Assembly (NCBI GenBank): GCA_002269645.1
Contig: NIVC01002742.1
Location: forward strand, 1 to 64,000
Length of the DNA stretch: 64,000 nt
Direction: 5' to 3'
DNA from: Macrostomum lignano
Taxonomy: Eukaryota
Shown here: positions 27,401-39,436 of the stretch, in pieces
Layout of the letters: the number at the start of each line of letters is the position of its first letter
How positions within the stretch are numbered: position 1 is the first letter of the stretch
Program-made: the position numbers and the translations under genes
Notes under the pieces: model-generated
Database searches by the model: none
Seen by the model: the letters and a program-made list of their open reading frames with translations, nothing else
What the model was told of the DNA's origin: nothing

Positions 27401-30031
27401 CAGTAAAAATATGCAGAGGAACCGGCATAACCATAACTACCGTAGTTGCTTCCTCAACTGTCGCCCTGCTATGCAACTGTGCCCAAACTTCTCTGAAAAC
27501 TAACAAACGACGCCGCAATTCTCTGTAGTAGTCGTTATTCGAAACTAAGCCTTAAGGCACTCGCGTGTGAGTGCATCTCCGAGCTTTTATTTTGGTGCAA
27601 ACAAGGTGACCAATTATGGTAAGAATGCAAATTGCAGTTCGCAGTTTGCGCTAAAAATGAATCATTTAGCTGTAGCTAATAGGTAAGAAGTTATATTCCA
27701 TAATTGAGCTGGAAGGTCATATCAATAAGGGCATCTGCGCAGTCCTGTTGCTGCCCAAATTGCTCACTAAAGTGAAGTTAACGAAAACTAATTATTTCTG
27801 TAGCCATAAGAGGAATCCCCCGATCCTGCAGTTTGGGAACTTTTTCTCCTTGCGGTCCGGTCCATACACCAACCCCATCGTCAGTGCCCACTTTTTGCGT
27901 CTAGATAACCTTTAGAGACAGGGGTCTGTGCGGCTGGCAACAGGGACTGGTCGGGGGGGGGACTTCACCCCCTAGCCTGTTTTTGACCAATCGATAGCCG
28001 AAAACTCGACCGTCCTATTTGGGAAGGGAGGGGATGTGGCAGCAGAATCCCGCAACTCTGTTGGGGGGGGGGGTAGCCACAGCCTGTTTGGTACTGTAAA
28101 TGCGTGGCATTTAATTTGTGTCTGCACTGATTCGGAAGCATCCGACTCCTTGCTGATCTCCAATCGTTTCCGATCGGCTTAATTGCTTTTAAATCTGTCC
28201 TCCAAACATGGAATGGTAATTTTTTTAAATATCTCGTTGAAAAACCTGGTGGTGAAGTTATTCAGCGAAGAGTAGTCTGGATCCTTGATGCTAAATAATA
28301 AATTATTTAGTTTGTTTTACTTGCGTATCGTATCGACTTATTCCGCTTTATTGTCGGAGCCGGTGACTTAGATAGTAGCATGGAAGCTTCTTTAAACATT
28401 TCAGCAGCCAGCCGCATCCTTCCTTGTTCCAGGGCTTCGGGCATCAACTTTTGCTGCTACCTACATACCTACAGTTCCTTTCTCCTCTTTCCAAACACAC
28501 CGACAACGGGGTGTCTGGCGAGATTTGCGCTGCGTAGGCATTCAAAAGTGCAACCGGGAGGAGAACACAGCAACTGCTGCTGCGGAAGCAGATTGGGCCA
28601 GCCATGTTGATAAATCTAGCGGAGGTTTGGGCTAGAAATGCAGAAGAAGGTAAGGAACATTTCCTGGTGAGGGTAATCTCCAGGTAATCTTTTCGAAGCA
28701 ACATTGTTCCATCACCACTGTTTCTAGAGGGCGGCGAAGTAGTAGAAATTTAGTGCGTTAGTCTGAATCAATGGCTTCTATAAGGATATGCTGTTTTTTT
28801 TTACCATTGTAGCTGCATATCAGCTTTGGAACTTTTTAATAGCTTGCGCTGAAAACATTTGAATTGGAATTCAAAGTGCTTTGGGTCATGCATCTTGGGT
28901 GGCATGGGTCTCGTGTGCACGCAAGTTGGAGGTATCTTAACTAATTCCTCGTACTGTAGAAGTCCGAGTGTACGCAATATTGACCGTTGCTTTTCTTCTA
29001 TCCAGCTAACCCTCCGGTCACTGAATGGGGAGTCGCTACCCCTTGATCGGTCATTGAATGGGGAGTCGCTACCCCTTGATCCGGCATTGAATGGGGAGTC
29101 GCTACCCTTTGATCGGTCATTGAATGGGGAGCCGCTACCCCTTGATCGGTCCTTAAATGGGGAGTCGCTACCCCTTGATCCGTCATTGAATGGGGAGTCG
29201 CTAACCCTTGATCCGTCATTGAATGGGGAGTCGCTACCCCTTGATCCGTCATGAATGGGGAGCCGCTACTACCTTGGATTCTATAAGATTCTTCAAAAAG
29301 TGCGCATAAGCTTTTGAAACGTGTGGATAAAGGAACTCACGGACAATCAGGCCTTTATTGGCCTCCTTATCAGCCTCAGTTTCCGCTTTCTTGAAGCAGA
29401 AGCCCTTGTCCATGATGTAGGCTGCCACCACCAGGATGAAGAATAGCAGAAAAGTGACCACGCCCTCCCAGAGGTCGATGAAGTCCGGTGAGCTGCACAC
29501 AAGAATAATGACCAGCCAGATGTAGGCAAACTCGCAGAAGGTGGCCGTTACACAGAACACCATGAACTGTTTGATCCGCTTGCCTTCATCGTCGACAGAG
29601 CAGATGCACACGGCGGTGATGATCAACAGGTTGAAAGCTGCGCTACCGACGATGGTTCCTGGCCCGAGTTCGCCCGCCTTGAAGCCGTTGCCGATGATCT
29701 CAATGATGGAGAGCAGGATCTCCGGTGCACTTGAGCCCAGCGCCATCAGGGATAGGTTGGCCACGGTGTCATTCCAGATCTTAACGTCCACCTGCTCGTC
29801 CACGCCGGTGTCCGAGTTAAAAAAGGTCATTTTCCTTGTAGCACTGGTGATTCGTTCGATCGAGGTCATGAAGACATCGGCAACGATAGAGACGCCCATG
29901 AATGACCAGAATAGGCCAACTAGGTAGAGTGCTGCGCGCACCTCATTTCGCCAGGTGGACTCGTCCAGCAGCGGCAGGATGAGGGAGCTGGCATTCTGAC
30001 AGAGAAAAGTTCCGCTGCTGCAGTTGGACAT
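15234..30031 (-). CDS. NCX: Na+/Ca2+ exchanger NCX (SLC8 family), 7 coding exons, ~817 aa
   Basis: complement join(30031-29345,26863-26188,24016-23784,22538-22433,21422-21244,18017-17688,15476-15234); the exon 1/2 junction may instead be 29341/26859. Alpha-1 MALGSSAPEILLS...GSAAFN, alpha-2 VALGTSLPDLFAS...GSNSVN, two Calx-beta domains. Confidence 0.95.
16657..17557. mobile_element. Non-autonomous hAT-type MITE carrying an expanded internal 21-bp array
   Basis: TIR CAGGGGCGTGGCCA / TGGCGACGCCCCTG (1 mismatch in 14), perfect 8-bp TSD ATGAAAAT (16649-16656, 17558-17565). Confidence 0.88.
16745..17440. repeat. 21/24-bp minisatellite GGCACTCATTTTGGCGCCGCA inside the MITE (NCX intron 6)
   Basis: Roughly 30 units. 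Confidence 0.95.
17688..18017 (-). CDS. NCX: NCX exon 6 (alpha-2 repeat)
   Basis: IIFAVIPPPSIWGGW...GTSLPD...GSNSVNVFLGLGLPW. Confidence 0.95.
18061..20320. repeat. 12-bp satellite GTCTGTCCTAG(A/T) (NCX intron 5)
   Basis: About 2.25 kb array with two main variants. Confidence 0.97.
20696..20960. repeat. 82-bp GA-rich tandem repeat, about 3 copies (NCX intron 5)
   Basis: GAGACGGAGAGTGAG recurs at 20696, 20778, 20860. Confidence 0.85.
21244..21422 (-). CDS. NCX: NCX exon 5
   Basis: EFNGFISRL...DYVMHFFTFGWK; donor aag|gtgcgg. Confidence 0.92.
21470..22310. repeat. 20-bp minisatellite TCTCCTGACATCCCGATTGA (NCX intron 4)
   Basis: Fills most of the intron. Confidence 0.95.
22433..22538 (-). CDS. 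NCX: NCX exon 4 (Calx-beta 2, second part)
   Basis: KKEKDEHFKLLLTECSEGAKLGQTSATIITIVDDD; not in the ORF track in this frame. Confidence 0.88.
23020..23700. repeat. 20-bp GA-rich minisatellite GAGAGGGTGAGACGGAGGAT (NCX intron 3)
   Basis: Tandem units. Confidence 0.9.
23784..24016 (-). CDS. NCX: NCX exon 3 (Calx-beta 2, first part)
   Basis: EPGTFEF...EVAIYDDQ; GT-AG phases match neighbours. Confidence 0.93.
24070..24760. repeat. 7-bp repeat CTCTACT (NCX intron 2)
   Basis: Tandem units, degenerating toward 24760. Confidence 0.92.
25291..25432. repeat. (GCCTCT)n hexamer (NCX intron 2)
   Basis: About 23 units. Confidence 0.93.
26188..26863 (-). CDS. NCX: NCX exon 2 (cytosolic loop, Calx-beta 1)
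   Basis: ORF 26168-26860; TVDGTA...IIDDNQWEPDETF; donor gacg|gtgaga. Confidence 0.93.
29010..29275. repeat. 33-bp minisatellite TGAATGGGGAGTCGCTACCCCTTGATCCGTCAT (NCX intron 1)
   Basis: About 8 units near the donor; each has a GGGG..CCCC stem. Confidence 0.92.
29345..30031 (-). CDS. NCX: NCX exon 1 (N-terminal TM cluster, alpha-1 repeat)
   Basis: ORF 29249-30031; in-frame stop just upstream of the ATG; donor at 29344 or 29340. Confidence 0.93.
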
Positions 30032-30079
30032 GGTCCTGCTGGATTACGCGCTGTTTTTTGGCGATCGTTGGTCTCTTTT

Positions 30080-30100
30080 CTAGGAAAATTGTTAATTTTT
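30080..30100 (-). other. Splice acceptor 48 nt upstream of the NCX ATG (cis or trans)
   Basis: Minus strand aacaattttcctag|; in-frame TAA between it and the ATG, so the exon start is UTR. Confidence 0.5.
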
Positions 30101-33015
30101 TTATAAACTATTATTTACTGATTACTTAAGTTTGAAGAATCATGGCTAGGCGATAATGCTTTAAAATTTGTGTAGTAAACTAGCAGCTTCAGATGATTTT
30201 TTACCAGTTTAATTTACAGTTCTATAACACGTATATTTTTTAATAACTGTATACATGTAAAAGAATCAGCTTTTTTATAATTATATTATATTTATATTAT
30301 ATATATTATATTATATTTGCTGCAATGCATGGTACTTACCGAAATGTTTTTTTTCAAATTAATAAAATATATTTCGCAGTCGTGGATAAAATGAGAGCTT
30401 AGCGACTCGTATCATTTTTATAAGTATTCATGCTTAAATATTAAACTACATATATTTTCGCGTATCGAACAAAAACAAAAGTGCAACTAAACGAAAGAAA
30501 CATTACAAAAATTGTTTGAAAAATATTTCTTATGCGTTTTGGCCTAAATAAGAATATAATAAAGTCGTTATGCAGCTCACTTTGTTTTTCTGGGTGCGTC
30601 AAAAAATTAAATAAACATTTTTATTTTCGTGCTATGCCCGGTTAAAGTCAAAACTGGGGAGTCAGAAAATGTAGAAAAAAATTTGTTGTTTCAATTGGGA
30701 ATTTTTTTTACAATTTTTTATATCTCGGTGAAGTGGTCTTGAAAAACATTTTTAAAGCACAAAATATACCCCTTGTTAAGTTTCCTACCAATTTGTTAAT
30801 TTTAACTCTTACGGAACTGTACGGACGCAGAATTAGGAACTAAATATAATATTCAACAATTAAATGTTTTATACTAATGCATAAAACTAATTTTTTGTTC
30901 AATAAATATTGCAATAAATGCTTTTTAAAGTAAATATTTAGTTGGATTTTGTTAAACTGCTTAATTTGTTTACTTCGCGCCTGTTTGTGTTCTGAAATAC
31001 TCTCGTTTTTTAGCTTACGAACAAATAGGCAAACGACAATGATGTATAAATAATTTTACTGAATGGATGGAATGACACGCTACGTATAGGTGTAGGTGTC
31101 CTTAAGTTGGTTATAAAATTGCTTCATCCATGCTGTAATTTATATTGGTAGTCTAGTTCAGATTAATATTTTATTATCCATGTCCCATTTGATTTGCCCA
31201 TGTCAATAATTTTTTGCTAATGACGTAGTAATGAGACATGTAGTGTAAATACGAATTCGTAAAGCTTAGAATTACTTTGAAATTGAGACATGTTTTTATA
31301 GCCATAGTCCATAGACTATTCATATTATCAACTAATACTGAACTGCTTACTATAGCCCATAGGCATAACTATGCACTCGCACTTGTAAATATACCCCATG
31401 TATAGCTAAATAATTAATAAGTAGCAGGTAAAACAATTAATAACTTTTTTTAATTTTTTTAACTTTCAAACTTTGTATATTAAAATGTAAATAGAATATA
31501 AAAAGTGGCTTGGAATATTTTGAAAAAGATTAATATATTTTCATTCATGATATATTACAAGTTACAACTAGAGTTTTAAGAACTTAGAACATAATTACAA
31601 TATAAGAAGCAAAAAGCAATATCTATTCTCTTCAGAAATGCATTTGAATATAGCAATATTTCCTATTGGATAGTTTTGATAAAAAATCAGGGATTTAATG
31701 TCTACTAACAGATTTAATTTATATTGTAATCTATTTTATATTCCTAATCTGCTCTAATAGAAATTATTTAACCTTATTTAAAATGATGTTTTTCACTTTT
31801 ATTCAAGCAATGCCAGGACTTCTTTGAGACTGCTCTTCATATGCCTTTCATTCTGAGCTCTAGGCCTTAGGCCTTACCTACTTAAAGCCCAATGTAAACA
31901 ATGAAACTAGTGGAGTTCCTGCATTTCATCTTCACAATTGGTTGAGTGAATCAAGCACTTTATTTATGTACAAACCTAGTCTATCCAAACAAACTGTTGC
32001 AATGTTGGCGACTCCACTTAGCAGCCCACTTCTGCCCACAGGCCACAGCTGGTTCAGGAGGTGCTGCGCAGCTTACTTTTGGATTATGGCACCGCGAATT
32101 CTGGTGGCTATGTGGCCTACATTTTCGCACATACCACGAGGCGCACCTTTTTCTTTTTAAGGACCTTATGTTTGTCAGCGTGCTATTGTGTAGGCCTATT
32201 GTGTAGGCCTGAGATATACCGAAAATATTGCTTTGAATTTAAGTTAATTGATCTGCTTCAGGACTTTAATACTTGTGCCTAAAACTTCTAAAACCTATTG
32301 TTGTTGTCTGTTCGTCTTTTTCTTTTTAAAAATTAAAAGGCCTTAAAAGCTTTATTTAGAGCTTTGTGAGATTCGAATTTGTCTTGAAACTTGAAACTTG
32401 AAACTGGATAGGGGCATAGCCAAATAACTTGTCTACCCTTCTTGAGACAGCCACATGGATTTTCTGTTCTGATCTGTACGGAACTTTAAGCGCATGGTTT
32501 AAAAATGTTCACTTATGTCAAATCGGGGGTATCGGTTTACCTCGTCTTACTTTACTTACACATACATGCATACGAGTATTTAGCTTCAAAATTGATTTTG
32601 ACTTGAAAGGCTATTATATCTGAGACAAATGAAAATATGGAATATTTTGGGCTTGTGCCGGGCTATCGTAGCTATATGTTCGTTTTCTCTATTTGGTACT
32701 CGTACTCGTACACTGGCATTCTGTCTTGAGTGCTCTTTACGAGTATAGAGTTGTTTTTTATCTTCCTCTTTACTTTCCATCGTACTTTATAGTGTAGCTA
32801 CAGTACGGAAGTTTTATCTCCATAGGTTGTGTCGTTATCGTAAGGATTATATTCTGTTTCTACAATACATTTATCGCATCGAGTACAGCCGGAGCTAAGT
32901 GTTTTTCTCGTTTTATGACATTTTCTCTCCTTGGCTTAAAAGTAATGTAAGAAGTTTAAAACTACATGTACTTTCCTCAACTAACACCATCGTCGCGTGT
33001 AATCGACGTCATACT

Positions 33016-35513
33016 TTACAATTCTCGAGCATTCATGCAGCTGACATCGCAGAAGAAGTTCCTTTGCCGGCTGATGTCAGTTTGCGGAGGCAGATCGACA
33101 CACTGAGAGTGCAACCAGCGCTTGCAACCATCGCACTGCACCCACTGGGCATCTGATGGCTGCAGACAGATCTCAGCATCGCATGCATTAACCTCGGCGA
33201 CAGCACTCCGAGCGCCACGCCCTCTTCCACGGCCACGGCCTCGTCCATGCCTGCGTCCGCATCCACCGCTTCGTCCCTGGCCCTGTTCACTATCAGCGAC
33301 AGAGGAAGAGGCAACAACAGTACTAGCACTAGTGCGAGAATTCCGTGTGGCGTTGATTGGCGTCCAGAGCAGAGGAGCAGGACAAGAACATGGTGTTCCT
33401 GGTAGGCATGTGCAGGTGAGTGCTCGATACTGAACCTGCAGTGGGGGGCATTTTTCGGTTCGCCATACGTGATGCATCTTGGAGATGTCCCGCATGTCGG
33501 ACAACTTCAGCATCTCCAGTATGTTGCGGAACTCCTGAATATCCCGCTCCTCAATCAACCAAGATAACACCTTTAGCGGATTGTCAGCCGATCGTATAGC
33601 CGATAGGACGTCCTGTGGCGTGATGACATTGCCTCGGCTGACAACGATTTGATCACAGCGGCGCTTAACAGCCGCGCCGACACCATCGGCAGCTCCTTTG
33701 CCATGGCCAGCCTCGGTGTACAACCATTGCCACTCAGTAATGTCAAGGTGCAGCAGTAGACGATTGAAGATATATATCATCTTCCTGCTGCGATATTGAC
33801 TGGATGGTGAGTCGCTAAGCATCGACACCCGGCGAATGGGGACGCCCAGATCTTCGCACTCGTTCAGAAAAAACAGTAGTACAGGCTTGAGGTGCGCGGC
33901 AATTGCATCGGCAGTCTTAGCCTTGACGTCCGAAACAGTAATAAATGAAGTCGGCTTCCATCCACTGACGTATCCAACTCCCTGATGCAGGACTATACTG
34001 TCTTGATCGCCAAAGTGCGCTGACTGCACCTCTTTGCTGTATTTTGCCGCATAATTCTCCGAGAAGTCGACGTGCAGTAAAAGGTGGCCAGGCTGCAGCG
34101 TCAACTTGAGGAACTTTATTGCGCGAAACTGGTTCCTAATGCGGTGAAAGTGGGAGGCAAAGGCTCGCAGTTTGCAGTGAAGCAGACTGACTGCTTCCTG
34201 GCACTCTGCTATCAACTTGACCACCTCTACACCGCTGCGACCGTCCGTGCGCTGTCTCCAAGCCTCATACGTCACGCGAGGCTTCGCAGCCGCTACCTCG
34301 TTGACAACTGGCGACTTCGTCCTGCAGTCATCACAGGCACGCATGAGGCAGGCAGGAGAATCGTCCCTGCAGACGAAGAGCTGCAGCAGATCGCGAAGGC
34401 TGGTGCAGGGTATCAGGCGAGCAGTGTGCATAGCCTTCGCCAGATACTCCAAATTTGTGCATTGCATGCACATGCACAGCGGCCTGTCGCAGAGACGCGG
34501 CTTGACTACCTGTAATGAATTGAGACAAATTCGATTGAATTGGAATTGAGTCGGAGTTGTACACCAAAGTCTCTAGATTGAAGTGTCGGTCTCATATTTT
34601 TTTAATTTATTTTTTCGTAGGAATAACATATATAGCAGCGAAGAAGTACTGTACGTAGAAATCGATTAGATTTGGGCTTTGTCAATCAAGGGAGGGTGTA
34701 AAATGATATGTTAGCTGCACAAGCTGGCACAGTTCATAGCAGTATCAGATAATTAATTAAATTTACCTCGAACGGTTTCCACCGTCTAAATGTAGAGAGG
34801 CTGATCTGGCGACGCTCAGGAAACTCGGCGAGGTACTTGCTATGCAGCGACTTCAGGGTGTCACACAAGTATCGCTTCTGCCGCTTCTCCTTTTCGCCAG
34901 TCACGCGGTCGACGCCCGTGATTGTCTCATGCTTTGCAGCACTGGCACGGGAATTTTCATCGTCATAAAAGAAGTCGACAATGTGCTGTTGTCTCTCTTT
35001 GATTCGTTTTACTGCTTGCCTTTTCAGAATTTTCGCTGTTGCACCAAAAAACTTCAGCACTGCCTTGCGCTGTGCCCCAACTGGTGTGCTTGCCACAATG
35101 CACCGTGTCATCTTCCGGCAGATGGAAAAACGCCGTACTCTGGCAATCGCATCCTGTATTACATGCCTCGCCATTTCAGCATCTTTGTGTCGGCGCTCCG
35201 CCTTAGCTGATTGGCGCTGCTCTCTGCGCAGTTTGAGACGCAACTTGTTGATGGTCCGCTGATGACTAAAGATAGCATCGTCGTAGTGCTCAACCAACTT
35301 CCTGCGCTCTCGTAACCGGGCAGCATCAGAGCGGGAAAGTTTTGACCGTGTCGTCCTTTCTCCGGCATCTGGTGGTGGTGAACAGCCATGGTAGCGTCGA
35401 TAGGCGCGCCGTCTCTCATGCTGCAGGTAGTCAGCATAGCTGTCAAATTTTTTTTCTATGTAGCGCTGCTGCTGTTCCTGCTTCACCTGTTTCCTAGATG
35501 GCCTAAATGGCAT
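33016..35513 (-). CDS. Sola2-like DNA transposase with C-terminal PHD finger, 2 exons, ~746 aa
   Basis: complement join(35513-34767,34509-33016), GT-AG, phase 0, no stops. Motifs VDFSENY, LSDSPSSQYRS, EAGHGKGAADGVGAAVKR; C4HC3 PHD at the C-terminus. Sola2 assignment is from recalled motif patterns. Confidence 0.75.
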
Positions 35514-37673
35514 GCTCTGAAAAGGTTAGAAAATACATATAATGAGAACGGGAATTTCAGCTCAGATATATTGGCATATTTTTTCTCTCTCCGTATTTTA
35601 TGCACTACTGCTAGTAGCAGTAGCATTCTCTCCTTTCCTTTTTCTTTTCATCTTATACTTTTCCGTAATATTTTCATCTCTAGCTGTTTCTTGTTTTCTT
35701 CTTTTTCTTTCATAGCTGAAAGGTACACTGTGGAGATGGAACATTTTACTGTCAGAGAGATAATGAGTGAACGCTTTGTCTGTATTTTTTGCTGTCTTCT
35801 TGTAGATTTCAAGATATTAAATTACGAGTATCAAGTTATTTGAGCATGATTACATAAGTTATTCTAATGTTATAATTATAATCTTCATGATGCCCCAAAA
35901 TTATTGATCCTAGGTAAATCTGATTTCAATTAAATAAACCAATGAATTTGGTTCTAAGTAAATTTAAAGTCAATCAGACCTGATTAGTTGGTGTTAGTAA
36001 GTGACGTCTCTGATTAATCTTTGATATTCTACTATCTTTGGTGGCCTTAGACTAGAATAGCTAGTCATTAAAAATTTTAACTGACAGTCAATAAATAAAT
36101 GTTTAAAGCAATTTTTACAAAAATTAACTCAACTTATTCAGCATAAAATTTAAAGCAAAATAAATATCATCAAAAATAACTAACTAAATCCTAATTCGAT
36201 ACAAATTGTACATTAATTGGCAATAAAATTAAATTAGGTCCTCCCTGCTGTAAAGCAAAAAAAATGCTTCTTTATAGGGTTCTTTGCAGTGCCTTTATGA
36301 AATATCTAAGCTTTTCATTGTACATGCTCCACACAGTGGGCTTCCGGAGAAAAAAATCATGACAAAAACTAACATATATGACATTCAGGAGCCAACAAAG
36401 AGTGCCATTTAGTAAAGAAAAAAAATGCTTCAAGCTTGATAAGTGTGTAATAACATATTGTAATTCTAAAAGCTGGCAATTATTCATTTTGTTACAACAG
36501 ACTACTGGAGAAAATCACTTTGTGCTCCCTAACTATTAAAAAGTATCTTTATATTGTTGTAGAATATTATACAGTAGGTAATATGTTAGGGTTTTTTAAT
36601 AAAAAAGCTTGGATTTAATGCTAAATTATTTCTAAAATAGAAAAGTGAATAATCCTATTAGATACATCAATGTAGATTAGTCTTTAACCTATTCTCATAT
36701 GAGCATACATGTGGGATGTCATAATTAATGTTTACCACCAAAACGAAGAATATTCGAACTCCAACAGGGTTTGTACAATAAAATCATTACTCATGCATGC
36801 ATTTAACGCAAATTAACTTAAAACTTTCAATATCTACCTTAATTCCTACATTTTTGTAGCCCTAATTTGTAAATCATATAGACATTTTTCGCACGTGGTC
36901 AGCGTAGTTGAATTTCCGCCAAAAAAATTATCGCTGAAAAAAGGACATATTTTGTCTTTTAGAGGGGCGAAAAAGACTAATTTTTTTTTAATTATGGTAA
37001 TATTATTTATATTTCACGGTTTAATGGAAGATTAAACCAGTCATACTCATTAAAAAACAGATAAAACTTGGTATTACAAAGTTTGAACAGTGTAAACTCG
37101 CGATGCCCTCGTTTTGACTTTGCCCCTGCCGTGATCTTAGCATGAAATGACGTGATGGCTTACTCCAATAGCATATTAGGATGATTACTACAATTTTTAT
37201 TTTCAATGGAAGACAAATTATGTTGAAATGTTAAAGAAGCAGAGAAATTACTCGCTTTCTTCATAGAAAATTCAATAAAAATAGACTTTTATAATAAAAC
37301 CTTATATACATATCTTACAGGAAATTAGAAGCAAATTTTAATTGTAAAAATATTATCTTTAATTCTGTCAAGTATCTATTTTTATTGAAAACTTTCTGCT
37401 TTAATAATGTTTCGTGCTAGCTTATTCAATAAAAAGTTCATTAGTTTTAGTTGGTTTTAATATTTAGTTCGAAATGAATACAATTTAAAATACTTGAAAA
37501 GAGAATGCATAATTTATTGAAATTCACACGCATTTTTGTCCTTTAGTCTGACTTATATAAAGTTCATTCTTGTATTAAAAATATAAATGGTTGTTCTTAG
37601 TGGTGTACACATGGCCACGTGGCTCCAGAATTTTTCCCGGGTGGGTCACATGGATTATAACAAAGTCTGTTTA

Positions 37674-38182
37674 TACTCAGCAACAGTCAAAAGCTCCACC
37701 CTCCAAGCAAGATGAAAATTTTCTCACCTATTGCGACAACTCCTCACTCCCAATTCAGCCCTCAAGTTACGCAACTAAGCCGCTGCGAGGAAGGGAAAGT
37801 TGATTGAATCAATAATAAACGTCAGTCGCACAAAATCATAACATTTTTATGCAATATGCAATTATAATCGCGATGCTTATAATAACGCGTGTGGGATCCC
37901 CTCGCAGGCAGAAGTGCGGCAACTCTGTGGGGCATCCCCAAGATGAGGCGGCGCAGAAAGTCCTGGAGAAGCTGCTGCCAAGCGTTTTCAATGGCATGAC
38001 GCAGCTCCGCAACATTCTGTGGTGGATTCTCTTTTCGAATGCTGCATTTTAGTAATTCCCAGGCATGCTCCATGGGATTCATGTCTGGGGACCGGGAAGG
38101 CCAGCGCAGAGTGCGCTGCAGCTGAAGCTGTTTTTTACCGCTGCTTTTGTGGAAGGGTGGAAATTTTGACTGTTGCTGACTA
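37674..38182 (-). mobile_element. Tc1/mariner deletion derivative retaining the transposase C-terminus
   Basis: TIR-like TACTCAGCAACAGTCAAAA / TTTTGACTGTTGCTGACTA; WPSRSPDMNPMEHAW...RRLILGMPHR...RGSHTRY. Confidence 0.85.
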
Positions 38183-39025
38183 GATGTTATAGATTGGACC
38201 ATTTGTGATTTTGAATTTGCTTTAATTCCAAGGTTGGTTTATATATGGTTTAATTTTGATGTTAACCTAATGTGAGTATACGCGGGTGTACTAGCTATAA
38301 AATAGTAGTATAGAAACAAAATTAAAAAACAAGTAAAAATGGCTCACATGTACGAATAATACGAGCTAAAAGATATAGTCGGACGGATTTATAAGGGAGT
38401 TGGTAACCTGCTTGTTGCGCTCGTATAGCTACGCGCAGTTTGTGTTTTTTAGCTCGCAATCTTTATAAATCAAGACAGATGCAGGCTCATGAGAATGTAC
38501 TCTTGAATATGACGCTCGTAGTGCATTGCTCACTGAGTTTTTTGTTGCAGATTATCCAATCGGAGAGTTGGAGAGGGCATGGGGGAGCTGCAGACCGAAT
38601 ATAATTTCTAAATACGCCATCCAATCACAAGAAAGGGAAGGGCAGACAGAGAACTCATTTTGGGTATGGACTTGTGTCACACCGTCATGTACAGTCATAA
38701 AAATGGGTGTACATGTATCAATGGCTCCTATATACATTACGATCAAAGGCACAAATTGGTGTGCAAGGTCAAGCATAGATACACGAGCTGACGAAAGGGT
38801 GACGACGTGGCTCACCTTAGGCTCTGACTGAATGGGACCAACTATATACACATACAATTTCATGTATTACACACGTACATTTCACAGCGGCTCCTTGGAG
38901 CAATAAAAGCGCAAAGAGCGCGTGCGTGACCGCAGAACTACTACATGTAGTTCATTCTCGGTGTTCAACCTAACGAACACAAAAAATGATATAACTACAC
39001 CCTGATCTAATGTGCCATTTCTGAG

Positions 39026-39194
39026 CTCCCATCGCATCCTGTACGTTACGCTTACTGGCATCCCGCGCGGGGAACGGTATTATTCAATTATTCAACTACG
39101 AGCGCGTAATATTCAAAACTATGCATGTGCAATTGATCAATGCCGTTCCCCGCGATGGATGCCAGTTGCGTAACTTGGAGAATTGCGATCGGAG
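39026..39194. mobile_element. Foldback/MITE-like inverted repeat
   Basis: Arms ctcccatcgca...gttacgcttactggcatcc..cgcggggaacgg and ccgttccccgcga.tggatgccagttgcgtaac...tgcgatcggag; TSD not resolved. Confidence 0.7.
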
Positions 39195-39210
39195 AGAAAA
39201 TTGTCCCCGG

Positions 39211-39436
39211 CCCCACCCAACCTTGTGACCCGTTATGGAAATCTATAATTTTGCTTCAGGGGTGACAAAATATAGTACCTGCGGCGCCAAAATGAGTGCT
39301 TGCGGCGCTAAAATAAGTGACTGTGGCGCTGAAATGAGTGCTGACAACACCGATTCTGAAAATAGTTTGTACATGTACAGTACATGTAGTATTTTTGGCT
39401 TTGTCCCCCTCCACCATAAAATCCATGGCGACGCCC
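39211..39436 (-). mobile_element. Degenerate, unexpanded copy of the same MITE family (inverted)
   Basis: Reverse complement shares CCATGGATTTTATGGTGG, ACGGGTCACAAGGT.GGGTGGGG and about 3 units of the cactcattttggcgccgca repeat. Confidence 0.8.

Noticed and set aside
30600-37150. Candidate TIRs for the Sola2-like element (AAAGTCAAAAC at about 30654/37112; CAAATAACTTG at about 32420/35832)
   Set aside because: Only 11-bp matches in AT-rich DNA with no TSD, so element ends were not called.
38526-38863. ORFs of about 100 aa in the spacer
   Set aside because: No recognisable motif or splice context; consistent with chance.
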